From NCBI GenBank assembly GCA_002104945.1, contig MCFH01000031.1, forward strand, positions 62,001 to 126,000: a stretch of 64,000 nucleotides of DNA, written 5' to 3'. Below the pieces are notes generated by a model that worked only from the letters and a program-made list of their open reading frames with translations, had not been told where the DNA came from and ran no database searches. Below are positions 1 to 12,337 of the stretch, piece after piece (position 1 is the first letter of the stretch; each line of letters begins with the position of its first letter). The DNA is from Piromyces finnis finn. Taxonomy: Eukaryota > Fungi > Neocallimastigomycota. A program made the translations under genes and the position numbers.

Positions 1-471
1 ATTCTTTTAATAAATATATGAAAACCTTTTTATTTGCGTTTAATAATGACATAAACTTTTATTTTTAATACTTCTTTTATATTAATAAATTATTACCACT
101 AGTTTTAATATTTTAAATTATAAAATTTCACAATAACATTTATCTCTTTAATAATCAAAACATATTGACTTTTTTTTTTTCCTTTTGTAATATATTCCTC
201 TTAATAACTTACACCGCTATTAACTACTTTATCCAAATAATTTTATATTCATTTCCTGCTTTTTTGATTATTCAAACAAACTCCTAAATTTATAGTCATA
301 ACATTCATTCCTTCAACATGTTTTCCATTAATATTTTGTACCTTTAACAAAATGCTAATGTATATTTATTTTTTAACTCCTCAAATTGTATTAAAAAAAC
401 AATATATATTTTAAATTTTTTTATTTATTAGATGTTTATTCTCGTTGCATGAATATACAAGATTAATTAAT

Positions 472-1212
472 TTATTCTTGACTGACTGGGAATTCGAAGT
501 TGACTTCCTTACCAGTTAATCTCTTGTAAACAGCAGAGAAAGTGTCAAGCTTGTATTCTAAGGAGGTGGAGTCCTTACGGTCAAGGAAGCTATTTTAATT
601 ATAAATTTATTTAATTAGATATCATTTTTATTCCATCTTCCATTTAAATATTATATATATTATTTAATAAAACACTTACACCTTGGTGACTCTGGAACCA
701 TCAACTCTGACCTTAGTTCTCTTACCAACGATTTCAGTTGGGAAAACGAGATCATCTAATAAAGATTCGTGAACAGCAGTAAGAGTTCTGGATCTTGGAC
801 GAGCTTGCTTAACACGACTGTTCTTGTGTGGCTTTTGCATGATTCTGCGTTGAGCGACAAGTAAGACATGACGGTCAGAGAACTTCTTTTCTAATTCACG
901 GACAATACGGGTTTGGACCTTGTGGAATTGCTTAAGAAGTGGGACTGGGACGAAGATAACAATAGCCTTCTTACCACGACCAACTTCAACCTTAATTTAT
1001 AGATTTAAATTATATTAATAATCTTCGCTATTTCTAATAATATTTTTATATTTAATACATACTTCCTTAGCGGCGGTGAATTGTAAACCTCTAAGATCAG
1101 CCTTTAATTCAGAGACATTCTTTTCCATGTCAGCGAGGTATTGAGCAATTTCGAGTTCAAGAGCTTCTGGTTCTTGACCAGCTGGTTTAATGATCTTGTT
1201 TCTGGCAGCCAT
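472..1212 (-). CDS. RPS7: 40S ribosomal protein S7 (eS7), 3 exons (1063-1212, 680-990, 472-589)
   Basis: Spliced translation [12 protein letters not shown]...FTAAKE|[17 protein letters not shown]...[11 protein letters not shown]...EIVGKR...KV|FLDRKD...[22 protein letters not shown] introns keep the frame; codon usage typical of a highly expressed gene. Confidence 0.97.
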
Positions 1213-1696
1213 GTTAGTCATCTAATATTTATTAGAATCTTTATATATAATTTAATATTTAGTAAATATCATTCATCATCATTCATTATAAGTATTATTT
1301 ATATCATTCTGCTATCATATTTGTTATTAATGTAATCTGAATATTTTAAATAAACATTTATATTTATTTCTTTCATAGTGTTTTAATTAATATAACTTAT
1401 TTATTGATGGATGGATCAATATTATTATAGTATAATATTCACATTATTTATTATTATATTCATTCATCAATTAACAATTAATTACTACACTTATATAAAT
1501 ATTAATAACAAATAAGGCAATAATTTTTTATAGCATATTATTATGGACACACAATAATATTAAAACATATAAAAATTCATCATAATAAAATTAATTCATA
1601 CCAAAAGGTTCAAAGGATGACGATAATTTTAAAAGAGGGATTCATATAAGGAACAGAAATCTTTGTTGGTTTTGTTATTTAGAATTATTTGCGTTT

Positions 1697-1705
1697 AACC
1701 AATCA
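1697..1705 (+). promoter_or_regulatory. CCAAT box (AACCAATCA) in the RPS7/YVH1 divergent promoter
   Basis: Matches the NF-Y/HAP consensus RRCCAATCA; a second CCAATCA at 1914-1920. Confidence 0.5.
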
Positions 1706-2031
1706 ATTTCATTCATCCTTCATTTCTATTGTATGTAATTCATGTAGGACAAACGTATTTAAAATTCAATAAAATTTATTCTCAATACATTGATCTACAT
1801 TAATTGATACATTGTATCTTTTTGTAATTTTAAATACATACAATTTTAGTCTTTAAAATAATATTATTAAATAATTTAATAAGTAATAATAATAAATATA
1901 TTCAAAAATAAATCCAATCATTTATTTTAATCAATTAAATTATATAAAAAAATATAAAAAATATAGAGATTGTTAATGATATTATTTAATAATAATAATA
2001 AATAATAATAAAAAATTATATCTTAAAAAAA

Positions 2032-3486
2032 ATGAGTAATGTAAAGTTTATGAGGCTATCTGAATGTTTTTTTATATCAAGGTTTTTAATAATTATTAAA
2101 AAATCATTATTATTTTTAACTATTTGTGTTTTATTTTATTATTTATTATATAATATTAAACTTTTTATTTCTTATTGTTATATATATTATATATACTATA
2201 ATACTTTATATATGTTTCTGTTGTCTGTTGTAAATAGTAAGCTCGGTGTAAATGAATTAAATAAATATAATATCAAAAAAATAATAAGTTTTGATAATAT
2301 ACCAGATAGTTTAACAGTACATAATTCTCAGATATTTATATAATGTTTTATGAAATTAAGTTTCAATTTAATTGTGGAATATTAATTAATAAAAATATAA
2401 AATGATATAAAAAATAATAAAGGATTTTGAACAAAAAAGATATCAAATAGGGGAGGAAGAAATAGTAAAATATTTTTTAGATTTTTTTGATGAAGTTGAA
2501 AATGCAAAAAAGTCAAAAGAAGGTTTAATTGTATATTTTACTGAAAGAACTAGTACTCAATGTTCAGCAGTAGTTATGTCATATTTTATGAAAAAAGCAA
2601 ATGCTAAATATGAATTAGTTTTAAGTAAACTTGGTAGAATTTGTCCATCAATAAAGTAAAATAAAATAATAATTTTTTCTCTTTAATAATATATATATAA
2701 TATCAATTTGTTAAAATTTTATATAATTGAAATGATAATTTTTAAGAGTTGAAAATGAAAATATAGTTCAACAATTAAATTCATTAGTTAAAAAGAAAAC
2801 TTCTATCAAGAATGAGGTTAAAGAAAATACTTCTAATAATAAAGCTGAATCAGAACAACAACAAAAAACCGATAATAATGGTAATATAAATACAATTTTA
2901 TTTAAATAATAGAATTTTAAAAGTATGTTGCAATATAATAATTGAAAATAAACTATAACCAAAAAATAAAAATATATGTATATATTTTATTAATGAATAC
3001 GAATAGAAAACGAAAAAAAATTACAATTATCTTGTCGTAAATGCCGTAAAGTTCTTGTTTCAGGAGATGATATTTTCATACATGAACCAGGAAGTGGTCA
3101 AGCATCATTTTCATGGAGAAAACGTGACCAAAACCTAAATAAAATTGGTAATATGAATGTATGTGGGGTATATTTTATTGAAAGACAAGACTGGATGGAA
3201 GGTTTAGAAGAAGAAAATATTGTTAGTGGTAAAATTAATTGTCCAAGTTGTAAATCAAAATTAGGTTCTTATAACTGGTCAGGTAATAAATCAAAAATAT
3301 CACATCTTTCAAATAAAAGAAGATATTTAATTTTTAATTAATTTTATTAGTAAATTTTTATAATAAATTTTAACAAATATTTTATTATCTGTTATTTATA
3401 TTAAAGGAATGCAATGTTCATGTGGAAAATGGTATTCACCCGCTTTCTCAATTCAAAAAAAATCCGTTGATGAAGCAAGAATATAA
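2032..3486 (+). CDS. YVH1: YVH1/DUSP12-like protein: degenerate dual-specificity phosphatase domain plus C-terminal zinc-binding domain; multi-exon, start uncertain
   Basis: Exons ~3007-3282 and ~3407-3486 give LSCRKCRKVL...HEPGSG...CGVYFIE...WM...GKINCPSCKSKLGSYNWSGMQCSCGKWYSPAFSIQK, the YVH1 Zn domain. The upstream exon ~2422-2655 gives a DSP-like helix pattern (SAVVMSYFMKK...CPSIK). Confidence 0.88.
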
Positions 3487-4338
3487 ATTCACTTTTCTAT
3501 ATATTTGTATATATATAATTAATAGATTAATTTTATTTAATGAATATTTTATTATAATTTTAAATAAAAATAAAAATGTACTCTTTTCATCTTCAAAAAT
3601 ATGTATATTAAGAAGAATATCAATAACATCATAATTAAACAGCTTTTATTTAAAATATCGTTTTATTATTAATTGTTGTACAATAAAAATCTTTCTCAGC
3701 TTTGACATATTAAAAATATATAGTAAATTTAAAAACTTCAAAAAAAAAAAAAAAAAAAAAAAAAAATTCAAATGAATATAAATGTTTATTATATTTTACA
3801 TTTCTTTTCTTTTCTTTTATATATTATATAATTTTTAAAAAGGTTTTATTAACATTTAAATTACAATTTTGATATTATTATAAACTATGTTTCAATACTA
3901 TTTGTTCCTTTTTTCTTTTTTCTTTCTTTTATTATTTTTTTGGTTAATTATAATACTAGCTTTAAAATATATAAGGGAAAACTTAAATTAGATATATTTT
4001 AAAGTTTTAAAGTTTTTTGTTTTGTTTTTTTTTTTTTCTTTAATTCTGTTTTTTTACTTTTTGTAAAAGTTTTAATTATATGATATTATATATGATGTAA
4101 AATATTAATATTGGTTGTATTATTGTATACACGAATAAAAATATTTTTAAAGTCATATGTATATATAAATAACTATAATTTATTTAATATTTTATTATAT
4201 TTTCTTGTCTAAATAATGTTACTATTATAGCTTTATTTATATATAATGCTGACTATTTAATATGTATCATTTTATCATATAATTATTTAAATAAATTTAC
4301 CACAAAGATATATTTATTTATTATTTATTTATTTTCCT

Positions 4339-7300
4339 TTACTCTTCAGTTTTTACAACTTCGTTTTTAATAACTTTTTCAACAACCTTTTGTGGACTAC
4401 CGTCAGATGGAATAGTAACAATTTTTTCAGTAACAGTTTCAACAGTTTCACCATTGTCATTTGTTACAGTTTCAACAGTAGTAGTAGTAACAATAACTTC
4501 TTCAGTTGGAAGAGCTTCAACCTTTTCTGCAGCTGGTGCGGCTTCTTCTTCATTTTTTTCAACAACAGGTGCAGCTTCTTCTTCAACCTTTTCAACTACT
4601 TCAACAATTTCATTATCTTGTTCTTCTGGAATAGTTTCAACAGTTTCTACCTTCTTTTCATCCTTACTCTTGCTCTTGAATATATTCTTTAAACTGAATC
4701 TCTTTGTTTTCTTTTGGTTTTTTTCTAAAGCTTCTTTATCTGTAATATCATCAACATTCTTTTCTTCAGATTCAACAGGAGCAGCAACCTCTTCATCTTT
4801 TATAAGAGTTTCTTCAGTAGTGGTTTTTACTTCTTCAAGAGATGTTTCATTTTCAATTTTTGATTCAATGTTTTTGAATTCTTCTTTAACATCAAATAGT
4901 TTTTCCTTCTTTTCATCTTCAACTGAAACATCAACAATTGGTACATCTTCAACAGCATCTTTAGAAACTTCATCTTTTGGTTCGGCAACTTCTTGAATTG
5001 GAGCTTCAATTGGAACTTCTGAAGACTTCTTTTCATTCTTTAATAACTTACTGAAAAAGGAATGTCTCTTTTTCTTTTCAGCTACAGGTTTAACAGTTTC
5101 TTTAACTTCTTCAGTAATTTCTTCTCCTTTTTCAACTGCTGGTTCAACAGCTTCCTTAACTTCTTCAGTAATTTCTTCTACCTTTTCAGTTATTGGAGCA
5201 ACATTTTCGGTTTCTGTAGCATCAGCTTCCTTAACTTCTTCAGTAATTTCTTCTACCTTTTCAGCTACAATATTTTCGGTTTCTGGAACATCAACTTCCT
5301 TAACTTCTTCACTAGCTTCTTCGCTGACTGGTTTGTTTTTCTTTTCCTTCTTTTTGAAAATGTCAAAGATATTAAATTTCTTTTCCTTCTTTTGTTTTTT
5401 TTCTTCTTTTTCTTCTTCGTCAGAAGATGAAGAAGAAGATGATTCCTTAGCTTTTTCTTCCTCTTTATCAGTTTTTTCAGCAGCTTCCTTGGCTTTCTTT
5501 TCTTCTTTGGCCTTTTCATGTTCTTCTTTCTTTTTCTTCTTAAGAGCTTCACTAGTCTTATCGACAGCACCACCTACTGACTTCTTAACTTTACTGAAGA
5601 GAGTCTTGGACTTTGATGGTACTTCTTCGGTAACTTCTTCTTTAACACTTTCAACGTTTTCAACTACAGTATCCTTAGTTTCAATACTATCTTCCTTAGT
5701 ATCTTCAGTCTTTTCGACAATAGCTTCATCACTATTTTCATTTTTATTGGTTGCTTCTATTTTAGCTTTTTCTTGTTCTTCCTTAGCAGCTTTTTCAGCA
5801 GCTTCCTTGGCTTTCTTTTCTTCCTTAGCTCTTTCATGTTCTTCCTTCTTTTTCTTAAGAGCTTCACCAGTCTTATCGACAGCATTACCTACAGACTTCT
5901 TAACTTTACTTAAAATAGTTTTAGATTTAGATGGAACTTCTTCATTAACAGTTTCTTTTACTTCTTCTGTAATTTCTTTAGTTTCAGCTGATGGAACAAC
6001 AAGTTCAGCATTTTCAAATTCTTGAGCTGGAATGGCTTCATCTTTAATTTCAACTTTTTCTTCTTCTGATAAAACTTTATTTTCCTTTGATAATTCTTTT
6101 TCAAGCTTTGCCTTTTCATGTTCTTCTTTCTTCTTCTTGTAAGCCTTTTCAACCTTATCACCAGCCTTATTAAGAGCGACACCAGTCTTATCAACAGCAT
6201 CACCTACTGACTTTTTAACTTTACTGAAGAGAGTTTTAGTCTTAGATGGAACTTCATCTTTAACATCTTCAGACTTTTCAGTTATTTCTTCCTTTGTTTC
6301 AATTATAGTTTCCTTAATGTCATCAGCTTTTTCAACAGCAAGCTTATCAGTTTCAACAATATCTTTCTCAACTTTTTCAGCAGCTTCTTTAACCTTTTCT
6401 TGTTCTTCCTTAGCAGCTTTTTCAGCAGCTTCCTTGGCTTTCTTTTCTTCTTTGGCCTTTTCATGTTCTTCTTTCTTTTTCTTCTTAAGAGCTTCACTAG
6501 TCTTATCGACAGCACCACCTACTGACTTCTTAACTTTACTGAAGAGAGTCTTGGACTTTGATGGTACTTCTTCGGTAACTTCTTCTTTAACACTTTCAAC
6601 GTTTTCAACTACAGTATCCTTAGTTTCAATACTATCTTCCTTAGTATCTTCAGTCTTTTCGACAATAGCTTCATCACTATTTTCATTCTTATTGGTTGCT
6701 TCTATTTTAGCTTTTTCTTGTTCTTCCTTAGCAGCTTTTTCAGCAGCTTCCTTGGCTTTCTTTTCTTCCTTAGCTCTTTCATGTTCTTCCTTCTTTTTCT
6801 TAAGAGCTTCACCAGTCTTGTCAACAGCTTCGCCAACAGATTTCTTAACTTTCTTGAAGATAGACTTTGACTTAGATATACTTTCTTCAGCTATTTCATC
6901 ATCAGATGGTTTAGCTTCTTCCTTAATTTCACTAACAATATTTTCTACTGGACCAGCTTCAGTAACAACTTCTTGTTCATTTTCAACAACAGCTTCTTGT
7001 TCAATTTCCTTTATAGCTTCTTTAGTAGCTTCTTTAGCAGTATCCTTAACTGTTTTTTTTGCAGTTTCTTTAGCTTTCTTTTTATAGGCTTTTTCTACTT
7101 TATCACTAGCCTTTTCGAGAGCTTCACCAGTTTTTTCAACAGCTTCACCAACAGTTTTCTTAACCTTACTGAAAATAGATTTTTTTGGTTTAGCTGGAGT
7201 AGCTTCATCAACAACAACTTCTTCAGTTTTTTCAGTAACTATTTCATTACCTTCAACAACTTCAGTCTTTTCTACAACTGGTTCAGTCTTAACTTTAATT

Positions 7301-7914
7301 GTTTCAGCACCACCTTCAGTGACAATATCATCATAATAATCTCTTTCTGTTGGAAGACCATTATTCTCAACAGCAAGTTCAACAGCTGTTTCAGTAACAA
7401 CTGGTTCAATATCAACAGTTTCTAACTTTTCAACAACTGGTTCAGTAGCAACAGTTTCAACCTTTTCAACTGGACCAGCTTCAGTAACAACTTCAGTATC
7501 AACAGTTTCTACCTTTTCAACAACTGGTTCAGTAGCAACAGTTTCAACCTTTTCAACTGGACCAGCTTCAGTAACAACTTCAGTATCAACAGTTTCTATT
7601 TTTTCAACAACTGGTTCAGTAGCAACAGTTTCAACCTTTTCAACTGGGCCAGCTTCAGTAACAACTTCTGTAACAACAGTTTCTATTTTTTCAACAACTG
7701 GACTAGCTTCAGTAACAACTTCTGTAATTACATTGTCAACTTCGTTTGGAACTTCTTCATAAACCTCCTTAATAATAGTGGTTGTATTACCATCAACAAT
7801 AACTTTGGCACCATTTGCAATCTCTTCAGCAATTTTAGTTTCTTTTAAGTTATCATGAGTATCAACGCATTCGACGACTTCTTCAACAGTAACTTTTTCT
7901 TGTGGGTTAGACAT
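4339..7914 (-). CDS. 1191-aa intronless, acidic, low-complexity (E/K/V/T/A) repeat protein of unknown function
   Basis: Long ORF with strong codon bias, 29-aa N-terminal tandem repeats, and six copies of a K(S/T)K(S/T)(I/L)FSKVKKSVGxAVDKTGEAL-like motif. Confidence 0.9.
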   Translation of the reverse strand: MSNPQEKVTVEEVVECVDTHDNLKETKIAEEIANGAKVIVDGNTTTIIKEVYEEVPNEVDNVITEVVTEASPVVEKIETVVTEVVTEAGPVEKVETVATEPVVEKIETVDTEVVTEAGPVEKVETVATEPVVEKVETVDTEVVTEAGPVEKVETVATEPVVEKLETVDIEPVVTETAVELAVENNGLPTERDYYDDIVTEGGAETIKVKTEPVVEKTEVVEGNEIVTEKTEEVVVDEATPAKPKKSIFSKVKKTVGEAVEKTGEALEKASDKVEKAYKKKAKETAKKTVKDTAKEATKEAIKEIEQEAVVENEQEVVTEAGPVENIVSEIKEEAKPSDDEIAEESISKSKSIFKKVKKSVGEAVDKTGEALKKKKEEHERAKEEKKAKEAAEKAAKEEQEKAKIEATNKNENSDEAIVEKTEDTKEDSIETKDTVVENVESVKEEVTEEVPSKSKTLFSKVKKSVGGAVDKTSEALKKKKKEEHEKAKEEKKAKEAAEKAAKEEQEKVKEAAEKVEKDIVETDKLAVEKADDIKETIIETKEEITEKSEDVKDEVPSKTKTLFSKVKKSVGDAVDKTGVALNKAGDKVEKAYKKKKEEHEKAKLEKELSKENKVLSEEEKVEIKDEAIPAQEFENAELVVPSAETKEITEEVKETVNEEVPSKSKTILSKVKKSVGNAVDKTGEALKKKKEEHERAKEEKKAKEAAEKAAKEEQEKAKIEATNKNENSDEAIVEKTEDTKEDSIETKDTVVENVESVKEEVTEEVPSKSKTLFSKVKKSVGGAVDKTSEALKKKKKEEHEKAKEEKKAKEAAEKTDKEEEKAKESSSSSSSDEEEKEEKKQKKEKKFNIFDIFKKKEKKNKPVSEEASEEVKEVDVPETENIVAEKVEEITEEVKEADATETENVAPITEKVEEITEEVKEAVEPAVEKGEEITEEVKETVKPVAEKKKRHSFFSKLLKNEKKSSEVPIEAPIQEVAEPKDEVSKDAVEDVPIVDVSVEDEKKEKLFDVKEEFKNIESKIENETSLEEVKTTTEETLIKDEEVAAPVESEEKNVDDITDKEALEKNQKKTKRFSLKNIFKSKSKDEKKVETVETIPEEQDNEIVEVVEKVEEEAAPVVEKNEEEAAPAAEKVEALPTEEVIVTTTTVETVTNDNGETVETVTEKIVTIPSDGSPQKVVEKVIKNEVVKTEE
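5473..6819. repeat. Intragenic direct repeat: 5473-5874 = 6418-6819 (402 bp, offset 945)
   Basis: Base-by-base comparison found one difference (5743 T vs 6688 C, synonymous). Confidence 0.9.
7400..7730. repeat. Coding tandem repeat, 87-bp (29-aa) unit, about 3.5 copies
   Basis: VVTEAGPVEKVETVATEPVVEK(I/V)ETVDTE repeated in the ORF translation. Confidence 0.85.
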
Positions 7915-10900
7915 TTTAATATATGACTTAATTTAATAAAATAATATTGTAATTTATATAAATATAAAAGTTTTTTTTAAAATTAATTTTGATGTAATTA
8001 TTTCGTAATTGATAGTGATTCTTGTTTTTAGTAAAATATTGATAGTATTAAAAAAAATAATAGTATTATTTTTCTTGTTTATGTATATGTATATTTAGAT
8101 AACTCTAGATAATAATATAATATGTATATGTATAATTTTATATATTGATAAATAATATATTTATATTTTTTATATTACAAATAAAGGAATAATTTATTAT
8201 TATAATCTATTTAATTTATTCTATGTAACTTCCTTTATCTTATTATAAAGCTTTATTAAGCCTTTTTTATTTATATACTTGTAATAATTATGATTAAATA
8301 TGTTTAAAAAAAAAAAGTAAGAAGGAAAATATCTAATTTATATCCTTTTTTCGGTCAAATTAAAAAAAAAAAAAGAATAGAACAACAATATTTTTTTTTT
8401 AATATTATTAATTTATTTATTATAAGTTTATTATAATATTAGTTAATAAATATTTATTGTGTTATTTATTAATAATTAGAATTTATTAATAATTGACATT
8501 AAAAATTAAACTTTTTTCTTTTACATAGTAAATAAATGAAAACTTTTTAATTTCATACATATTAATTTATATTGCTATATCAATATTTATTAATTTCATA
8601 ATATAATATAATAAATTAAAATTGATTCAAAAAACAATATATCTTATAAAATGTTAATACACTTTTTTATATTAAGTGAAATTAAATTATATATAAACCA
8701 AAATTAATAATCTTATAGTAATATATAAAAAATAATGAAATATTAAATTGATTAACCATATATAATATAATTTATTTATTATAATTAATTTTATATATTA
8801 TTTCAATGTATTATTTTATATTGATTAATTATGATAAACTTTAATAATTATATAAATTGAAAAATGTAATATTGATGCCACAGAAAAATAAAATCAATTA
8901 TTCATATATATTTATATATTATATATTATAATTAATCCAAAAGAATTAATATATTATATAATTAATATATTAAATATAATAAAGAATAATATTATTAATA
9001 AATGACTTTACTATATTTATTATTCAAGTAATTAAAAAGTCAACCATATCACAAATATATCTATGTAATATATTTCATATTAAATATTAATTTATTATTT
9101 TATATTACTGTTTTGATTAAATGATATTAATTTTTACATAATGATTTATCCAATATTAAAATTTCATAAATTTGTATTAAATTAATAATAACTTATTGAA
9201 TAATATATCAATAAGTTGATTTAAAATATAGCATAATGATATATTCTAATATATATTTAATATTATATTAATTGTATAGCAATATATCTAAATAATAAAT
9301 TAAAAAAAAAAAAAAAGAATTAACATTTATAGAAATTTTTCAAATTAAAAAATAAAATAAATATCTTATATATTCACATTATAATGATAATATATGTAAA
9401 AATATCAAACTATCAAAGTATTAATATTTTCAAAAATTTTATCCTTATAATTTTATAGTTTATAGTTTTCGATGGAATAACATAGCCATCCATACCTATA
9501 ACTAAGAAATTAGATATTATACTTAAATATTCAGGTTGGTATCGTAAAAGTAATGTAAAATAATTTATTATAAAATTGTCTTAATACCATAGAACACTAC
9601 TTAATATAGAATTATTTTTTATTTATTAAATAATTATTAAATAACTACTAATTTATGGATTTATAAAATATTTTAGTACATTTTCTAGAAATAAAAAAGT
9701 AACAATTTCGTTATGGAACCCTATATCAATTATATATAAAATACTCAAGATTTTATATCTATTTTCAATATTCCGTAATAAATCATTGAAATCATTGATA
9801 CAATCTATATACATAATAGAGATTATCGATTTAGATTATGCAGAAATTTTATTTAAAATATCATTAAAAACAATAGTATTTTTATAGCTTTTTTTATCAT
9901 TATTACCTAATTAGTATTATACCATTTAATAATATAAAATATTTATATATTTTATTATATCATTATTAATATTAAAATGTTGCTTTTTAAATATCTTATC
10001 ATCAATAATATTTATACTATAATAATAATAAAAGGTATAAATTGTAGAGTGATTCCATAAAAAACCAAAAAATTTTTAACTTTAAAAAAATACAACTTTA
10101 AAAATCATCCACTAAAACGTCATAATTTTAATATTAAATGTATATTAAATTTAATTAAAAATTTAATTTAAAATAAACTTTATCCTTTTTTTTACTTTAA
10201 AAATATAAAATTAGTTTATATTTATTCAATATAAATAAATTAATGGCTTTTAAAAAACAAATAAAGGTTAAATATTATTACATTAGTTTTCTTGCAAGTT
10301 AAATTAATAATCAATAAAAATAATATGTAAATAATACCTATGTAAAAATATTTATTTTTAACATTTTTTTTCTAATTAAAATAATTATTATATTTTTTTT
10401 ATTTATTACTTGTGTATATCTGCTTTGCAACTTTTTTCTGTTACTAAAAAAAACTTACACGTGATATGAATTAAAGTTTTTAAAGTATTATGGTTTGTGT
10501 AATGAAAATAAATTAAAATTTAAGATAAATACTTTTATATTAATGTCGATAATTTATTAATAAATTATAAATCAGTATTATTTTTTTTTAAAATTATTAA
10601 TTGAAATTAATTTATATATAATATATTGTTGTATAATCTAATATTAAGAATATTTATATTGATTTTTTTAACATTTTAAAAAAAATATACTTTTGAAACA
10701 TTTTTAATTATTATTTGAAAAGTCATTGGTTGGCTAAGAGTGTTAATTGAAATTTAATACTCGATAAAAATAGTACAAAACTTTTTAATAAAAGAAAAAT
10801 ATACCAAGGTTTAAAATAAAAAATTATATTTATTGTATATTTCATAATTTAATTATAAATTAATAATAAAGTAATTGTTAAAAAAAAAATATTCATATAT

Positions 10901-12337
10901 ATATAGTAATAACAATAAGAATTTGTAATATACAAGAAATAAAAATTGTATTAATTAATATCTTCTTTTCTATTTATTTATATTGATGGATTATGAACTT
11001 TTAATTAATATGGAATATTAAAATATATCATATTTTAACTATAATATATAAAATATATTATCCAAAATACTACGTTTGATATATTTCTTTTAAATAATCA
11101 ATATATAATCAATATAAATCACTTTAAAAACAATTAAAATTTTTCATTGTGGCTTTTGAAAATTTCATCTATTAAGAATTATTTATTAAATAATATTATA
11201 TTTTATTAATTTTATTTTATAATAGCATATATTAATAAATTAATAACTTTTTCAAATTTGTTCATTATTACTTATAGAATTTATAAAAAAAGTAATATAA
11301 AGGTATAATATTACTTTTTTTTTGTTGTTGTGTAGCATTACTTTATTTAATATTCCATAAATAATATACTTTTTTCTCTACAAAGAAAATATATATAAAA
11401 TAAAATAACCTTTATTGTAATTCATAAATAATAAAATATCAGATAAATCATTAATAAAAATATTAATCTATAAATAAATTAAGAAGAAACTTTAAATTTT
11501 AATTTTTCTTTTTTTTTTTTGTACCTGCATATTTAATAAAAATAATAAAAAAAAATACATGGTAATTTTTATTCATATTCATTATAGATAAAATTAAGTT
11601 AAAAATAATATAAAAATTTCATATTTATTGATTAGGTTATGTGTTATTTATGAAATATCAAAGGTTAGAACTTGACTAATTATAATTTAAGGATTAGTTT
11701 ATTTTTAATTTTTAACTAAAATAAAAAAAAAAGGTAGAAAATAATATTTATTTACTTATTTATTTTTTAAATAATCATTGTTTTTAAAAATATATATATA
11801 TAATTAATTTATATTCATAAACATCTTTTTTTTTCTGTAAATCTATGAATATTTGTATTATATAATATATATATAAAAAAGTAAAATACTAATAATAATT
11901 ATTCAGAAATTATTAATTTTAAAGAAATATTGATAATTTGAAAAATAAATAAAAAAAGTTACATAAATCAAAATATAAATTATATATAAGTTATATGTAT
12001 TTTTATTGATTTATTGATTTATTTAATATTTTTTATTTCCTATTTATACAATAATTTCATGTTATGCTTATCTTTTTATTTTTTTTTTATTTTTTTTTTT
12101 TCTTATTTTTTTTATTCCCTGTATTCATATTTTATATATATATATATATATCTATTTTTACGTTTCTTTTGGATTATATTTTATTTGTATATATAATTAT
12201 ACATATTATTCATTTTCATATATTTACTCAAAAAATAAAATCTAAAAAACTATTATAAGTTTATGTATAAAAATATTGAAATAATTTTAGTTATAGAATT
12301 ATTCTATATTATAGAATATAGTAGGTTTAAAATAGAT

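Noticed and set aside
150-345. Coding-looking minus-strand stretch (VQNINGKHVEGMNV...)
   Set aside because: Several stops in frame and no recognisable family; possibly a decayed fragment, but unsupported.
4390-7425. Several plus-strand ORFs (S/F/T-rich) and off-frame minus ORFs
   Set aside because: Antisense or frame shadows of the biased 1191-aa CDS; the same applies to shadows over the C2H2, LINE, MARCH5-like and TTI1 genes.
9460-9890. Slightly GC-richer patch with ~75-codon open stretches
   Set aside because: No start codon, splice pattern or motif; may be a decayed TE or gene, cannot be supported.
12014-12258. F/I/Y-rich short ORFs (also 25055, 32596, 38804, 47742)
   Set aside because: Translations of AT-rich simple sequence with no coding-like composition.
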